Assembly (NCBI GenBank): GCA_964016885.1
Contig: OZ024755.1
Coordinates: 43,958,001-44,022,000 of the forward strand
Length of the DNA stretch: 64,000 nt
Source of the DNA: Eledone cirrhosa
Taxonomy: Eukaryota
Direction of reading: 5' to 3'
Shown: piece after piece, positions 59,001 to 64,000 of the stretch
Position numbering within the stretch: position 1 is the first letter of the stretch
Layout of the letters: each line of letters opens with the position of its first letter
The notes under the pieces: generated by a model
Databases searched by the model: none
Told to the model about the DNA's origin: nothing
What the model saw: the letters and a program-made list of their open reading frames with translations, nothing else
Made by a program: the position numbers and the translations under genes

Positions 59001-60900
59001 AGTACCATCTTATACTGTGTACCACAGTTGACAGTACCAACGTATACTGTGTACCACAGTTGACAGTACTAACATATACTGTGTACCATAGTTGAAAGTA
59101 CCAACGTATACTGTGTACCACAGTTGACAGTACCAACATATACTGTGTACCACAGTTGACAGTACCAACGTATACTGTGTACCACAGTTGACAATACCAA
59201 CATATACTATGTACCGCAGTTGACAGTACCAACATATACTGTATACCACAGTTGACAGTACCAACATATACTGTGTACCAGAGTTGACAGTACCAACATA
59301 TACTGTGTACCACAGTTGACAGTACCAACATATACTGTATACCACAGTTAACAGTACCAACATATACTGTGTACCACTGTTGACAGTACCAACACATACC
59401 GTGTACCACAGTTGACAGTACCAACATATACTGTGTACCACAGCTGACACTACCAACATATAGTTGTACCTCAGTTGACAGTACTACCATATATTGTGTA
59501 CCACCGTTGACAATACCAACGTATACTGTGTACCACAGTTGACAGTACCAACGTATACTGTGTACCACAGTTGACAGTACCAACATATACTGTGTACCAC
59601 AGCTGACAATACCAGCATATACTGTTTACCACAGTTGACAGTACCAACGTATACTGTGTACCACAGTTGCCAATGCCAAAATATACTGTGTACCACAGTT
59701 GACAGTACCAACGTATACTGTGTACCACAGTTGACAGTACCAACGTATATTGTGTACCACAGTTGACAGTACAAACATACACTGTGTAGGACAGTTGACA
59801 GTACCAACATATACTGTGTACCACAGTTGAGAGTACCAACATAAACTGTGTACCACAGTTGACAGTACCAACATATACTGTGTACCACAGTTGATAGTAC
59901 CAACATATACTGTGTACCACAGTTGACAGTACCAACATATACTGTATACCACAGTTGACAGTACCAACATATACTGTGTACCACAGTTGACAGTACCAAC
60001 ATATACTGTGTACCACAGTTGACAGTACCAACATATACTGTGTACCACAGTTGACAGTACCAACATATAATGTGTACCACAGTTGACAGTACTAACATAT
60101 ACTGTCTACTACAGTTGACAGTACCAACATATACTGTGTACCACAGTTGACAGTACCAACATGGACTGTGTACCACAGTTGACAGTGCCAACATATACTG
60201 TGTACCACATTTGGCAGTACCAACATATACTGTGTACCTCAGTTGACAGTACCAACATATATTGTGTACCAAAGTTGACAGTACCAACGTATACTGTGTA
60301 CCACAGTTGACAGTACCAACGTATATTGTGTACCACAGTTGACAGTACCAACATATACAGTGTACCACAGTTGACAGTACCAACATATACTGTGTACCAC
60401 AGTTGACAGTACCAACATATACTGTGTACCACAGTTGACAGTACCAACATGTAACGTGAACCACAGTTGACAGTACCAACGTATACTGTGTACCACAGTT
60501 GAGAGTAACAACGTATAGTGTGTACCACAGTTGACAGTACCAACATATACTGTGTACCACAGTTGACAGTACCAACATATACTGTGTACCGCAGTTCACA
60601 GGACCAACGTATACTGTGTACCACATTTGACAGTACCAACATATACTGTGTACCACAGTTGACAGTACCAACATATACTGTGTACCACTGTTGACAGTAC
60701 CAACATATACCGTGTACCACAGTTGACAGTACCAACATATACTGTGTACCACTGTTGACAGTACCAACATATACTGTGTACCACAGCTGACAGTACCAAC
60801 ATATACTGTATACCACAGTTGACAGTACCAACATATACTGTGTACCACAGTTGACAGTACCAACATATACTGTGTACCACAGTTGACAGTACCAACATAT
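52000..60900. repeat. Older, diverged copy of about 40500-48600 at a roughly 11.5-12.4 kb offset
   Basis: Similar but non-identical ORFs occur at +11,452 (41019/52471), +11,902 (43187/55089), +11,966 (44082/56048), +12,382 (46628/59010) and +12,254 (47855/60109). Confidence 0.8.
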
Positions 60901-63900
60901 ACTGTGTACCACAGTTCACAGTACCAACATATACTGTGTACCACTGTTGACAGTACCAACATATACCGTGTACCACAGTTGACAGTACCAACATATACTG
61001 TGTACCACAGCTGACACTACCAACATATACTTGTACCTCAGTTGACAGTACTACCATATATTGTGTACCACCGTTGACAATACCAACGTATACTGTGTAC
61101 CACAGTTGACGGAACCAACACATATAGTGTACCACAGTTGACAGTACCAACGTATACTGTGTACCACAGTTGCCAATGCCAACATATACTGTGTACCACA
61201 GTTGAGAGTACCAACATATACTGTGTAACACAGTTGACAGTACCAACATATACTGTGTACCACAGTTGACAGTACCAACATATACTGTGTACCACAGTTG
61301 ACACTACCAATGTATACTGTGTACCACTGTTGACAGTAGCAAAATATACTGTGTACCACAGTTGACAGTACCAACGTATACTGTGTACCACTGGTGACAG
61401 TACCAACATATAACGTGTACCACAGTTGGCAGTACCATCATATACTGTGTACCACAGTTGACAGTACCAACATATACTGTGTACCACAGTTGACAGTACC
61501 AACATATACTGTGTACCATAGCTGACATTACCAACGTATATTGTGTACCACAGTTGACAGTACCAACATACACCGTGTACGACAGTTGACAGTACCAACA
61601 TATACTGTGTACCACAGTTGAGAGTACCAACATAAACTGTGTACCACAGTTGACAGTACCAACATATACTGTGTACCACAGTTGACAGTACCAACATATA
61701 CTGTATACCACAGTTGACAGTACCAACACATACAGTGTACCACAGTTGACAGTACCAACATATACTGTGTACCACAGTTGACAGTACCAACATATACTGT
61801 GTACCAGAGTTGACAGTACCAACATATACTGTGTACCACAGTTGACAGTACTAACATATACTGTGTACCACAGTTGACAGTACCAACATGTACTGTGTAC
61901 CACAGTTGACAGTACCAACATATACTGTGTACCACAGTTGGCAGTACCGACATATACTGTGTACCTCAGTTGACAGTACCAACATATACTGTGTACCACA
62001 GTTGACAATACCAACGTATATTGTGTACCACAGTTGACAGTACCAACGTATACTGTGTACCACAGTTGACCGTACCAACATATACTGTGTAACACAGTTG
62101 ACAATACCAACATTATAATGTGTACCACAGTTGACAGTACCAACGTATACTGTGTACCACTGTTGACAATACCAACATATACTGTGTACCACAGTTCACA
62201 GTACCAACGTATACTGTGTACCACATTTGACAGTACCAACATATACTGTGTACCACAGTTCACAGTACCAACATATACTGTGTACCACTGTTGACAGTAC
62301 CAACATATACCGTGTACCACAGTTGTCAGTACCAACATATACTGTGTAGCACTGTTGACAGTACCAACATATACTGTATACCACAGTTGACAGGACCAAC
62401 ATATACTGTGTACCACTGTTGACAGTACCAACATATACTGTGTACCACAGTTGACAGTACCAACATATACTGTATACCACAGTTGACAGTACCAACATAT
62501 ACTGGGTACCACAGTTGACAGTACCAACATATACTGTGTACCATAGTTGACAGTACCAACGTATATTGTGTACCACAGTTGAGAGTACCAACATACACCG
62601 TGTACGACAGTTGACAGTACCAACATATACTGTGTACCACAGTTGAGAGTACCAACATATACTGTGTACCACAGTTGACAGTACCAACATATACTGTGTA
62701 CCACAGTTGACAGTACCAACATATACTGTGTACCACAGTTGACAGTACCAACATATACTGTATACCACAGTTAACAGTACCAACATATACTGTGTACCAC
62801 AGTTGACAGTACCAACATATACTGCGTACCACAGTTGACAGGACTAACATATACTGTGTACTACAGTTGACAGTACCAACATATACTGTGTACCACAGTT
62901 GACAGTACCAACATATACTGTGTACCACAGTTGACAATACTAACATATACTGTGTACCACAGTTGGCAGTACCAACATATACTGTGTACCTCAGTTGACA
63001 GTACCAACATATAGTGTGTACCACAGTTGACAATACCAACATAAACTGTGTACCACAGTTGACAGTACCAACATATACTGTGTACCACAGTTGACAGTAC
63101 CAACATATACTGTGTAACTCAGTTAACAGTACCCACATATTCTGTGTATCAGAGTTGACAGTACCAACATATACTGTGTACCACAGTTGACAGTACCAAC
63201 ATATACTGTGTACCTCAGTTAACAGTACCCACATATACTGTGTATCAGAGTTGACAGTACCAACATATACTGTGTATCACAGTTGACAGTACCAACATAT
63301 ACTGTGTACCAAAGTGTACACTAACAACATATACTGTGTACCACAGTTGACAGTACCAACATATACTGTGTACCACAGTTGACAGTACCATCATATACTG
63401 TGTACCACATTTGATAGTACCAACGTATACTGTGTATCAGAGTTGACAGTACCAACATATACACTGTACCACAGTTGACAGTACCAAAATATACTGTGTA
63501 CCACAGCTGACACTACCAACATATACTTGTAACTCTGTTGACGGTACTAACATATACTGTGTACCACAGTTGACGCTACCAACGTATACTGTGTACCACA
63601 GTTGAAAGTACCAACGTATCCTGTGTACCACAGTTGACAGTACCAACATATACTGTGTACCACAGTTGACAATACCAACATATACTGTGTACCACAGTTG
63701 ACAGTACCAACGTATACTGTGTACCATTGTTGACAATACCAACATATACTGTGTACCACAGTTGACAGTACCAACATATACAGTGTACCACAGTTGACAG
63801 TACCAACATATACTGTGTACCACAGTTGACAGTACCAACATATACTGTGTACCACAGTTGACAGTACCAACATATACTGGGTGCCACTTTTCACAGTACC

Positions 63901-64000
63901 AACATATACTGTGTACCACAGTTGACAATGCCATCATATAGTGTGTACCACAGTTGACAGTACCAACATATACAGTGTACCACAGTTGACAGTACCATCT
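55928..64000. repeat. 4,990-bp (156-monomer) tandem duplication: 55928-60917, and 60918 to the window end (second copy truncated by the window)
   Basis: ORFs 56048..56803 through 58586..58897 recur with matching translations at +4,990. 156x32-2 = 4,990 agrees with 3 deletions and 1 insertion in the unit. Position 59010 aligns to 64000. Confidence 0.93.

Larger units (their letters stand above)
1..64000. repeat. 32-bp tandem satellite array, about 2,001 head-to-tail monomers, consensus CCAACATATACTGTGTACCACAGTTGACAGTA; extends beyond both window ends
   Basis: The monomer is directly readable on every line (exact consensus e.g. 1920-1951). A monomer starts at 1 and another at 63963. That 63,962-bp distance plus a net 38 bp of observed deletions equals exactly 2,000 x 32. 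No inversion or non-repeat insert seen. Confidence 0.99.

Noticed and set aside
30-63937. Hundreds of minus-strand ORFs (up to 869 aa), rich in Cys/Trp/Tyr/Val, as protein-coding genes
   Set aside because: They overlap in all three frames with the same periodic peptide, have no unique N- or C-terminal domains, and begin and end wherever satellite variants happen to create starts or stops.
1-64000. CRISPR array (32-bp partly palindromic repeat)
   Set aside because: The repeats are directly head-to-tail with no unique spacers, no leader and no cas genes.
1-64000. Telomeric repeat or plasmid iteron array
   Set aside because: There is no G-rich telomerase-type motif, and the nested, inherited variant haplotypes indicate recombinational expansion rather than templated addition. 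There is no rep gene or origin, and the copy number is far beyond iterons.
1-64000. Embedded transposon, inversion, tRNA/rRNA or other unique island
   Set aside because: The monomer phase is accounted for end to end by the listed small indels, and no line departs from the repeat or switches to the reverse-complement monomer.
1-64000. Variants as sequencing noise, or as a synthetic/encoded message
   Set aside because: Variants recur as ordered multi-monomer haplotypes across duplicated blocks with graded divergence, as expected from natural duplication plus mutation. Indels are rare, unlike raw long-read error.

Overview
The whole 64 kb window is one uninterrupted, single-orientation tandem array (satellite DNA) of a 32-bp monomer, consensus CCAACATATACTGTGTACCACAGTTGACAGTA, about 2,001 copies, running off both ends. 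I found no unique sequence, credible gene, RNA gene, transposon or CRISPR spacer. The hundreds of minus-strand ORFs are a by-product of a monomer that has no stop codon on that strand and a length not divisible by 3. The real information lies in the variant monomers. They reveal nested higher-order duplications: 96, 160, 192, 576, 800, 832, about 1,400, about 3,000 and 4,990 bp, plus a recurring period near 12 kb that includes an apparently identical 12,376-bp tandem duplication. They also show a recurrent 31-bp landmark monomer cassette, strong length conservation (six distinct indel events account for the phase of the entire window), a CpG-decay-like variant series, and overlapping, mutually exclusive inverted repeats within the monomer. 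Eukaryotic heterochromatic satellite (peri-/centromeric or subtelomeric) is the most likely context, but this is inference and I cannot identify the organism or family. I do not see evidence for a novel protein-coding system. All comparisons were made by eye and from ORF-track offsets, so boundaries are approximate.
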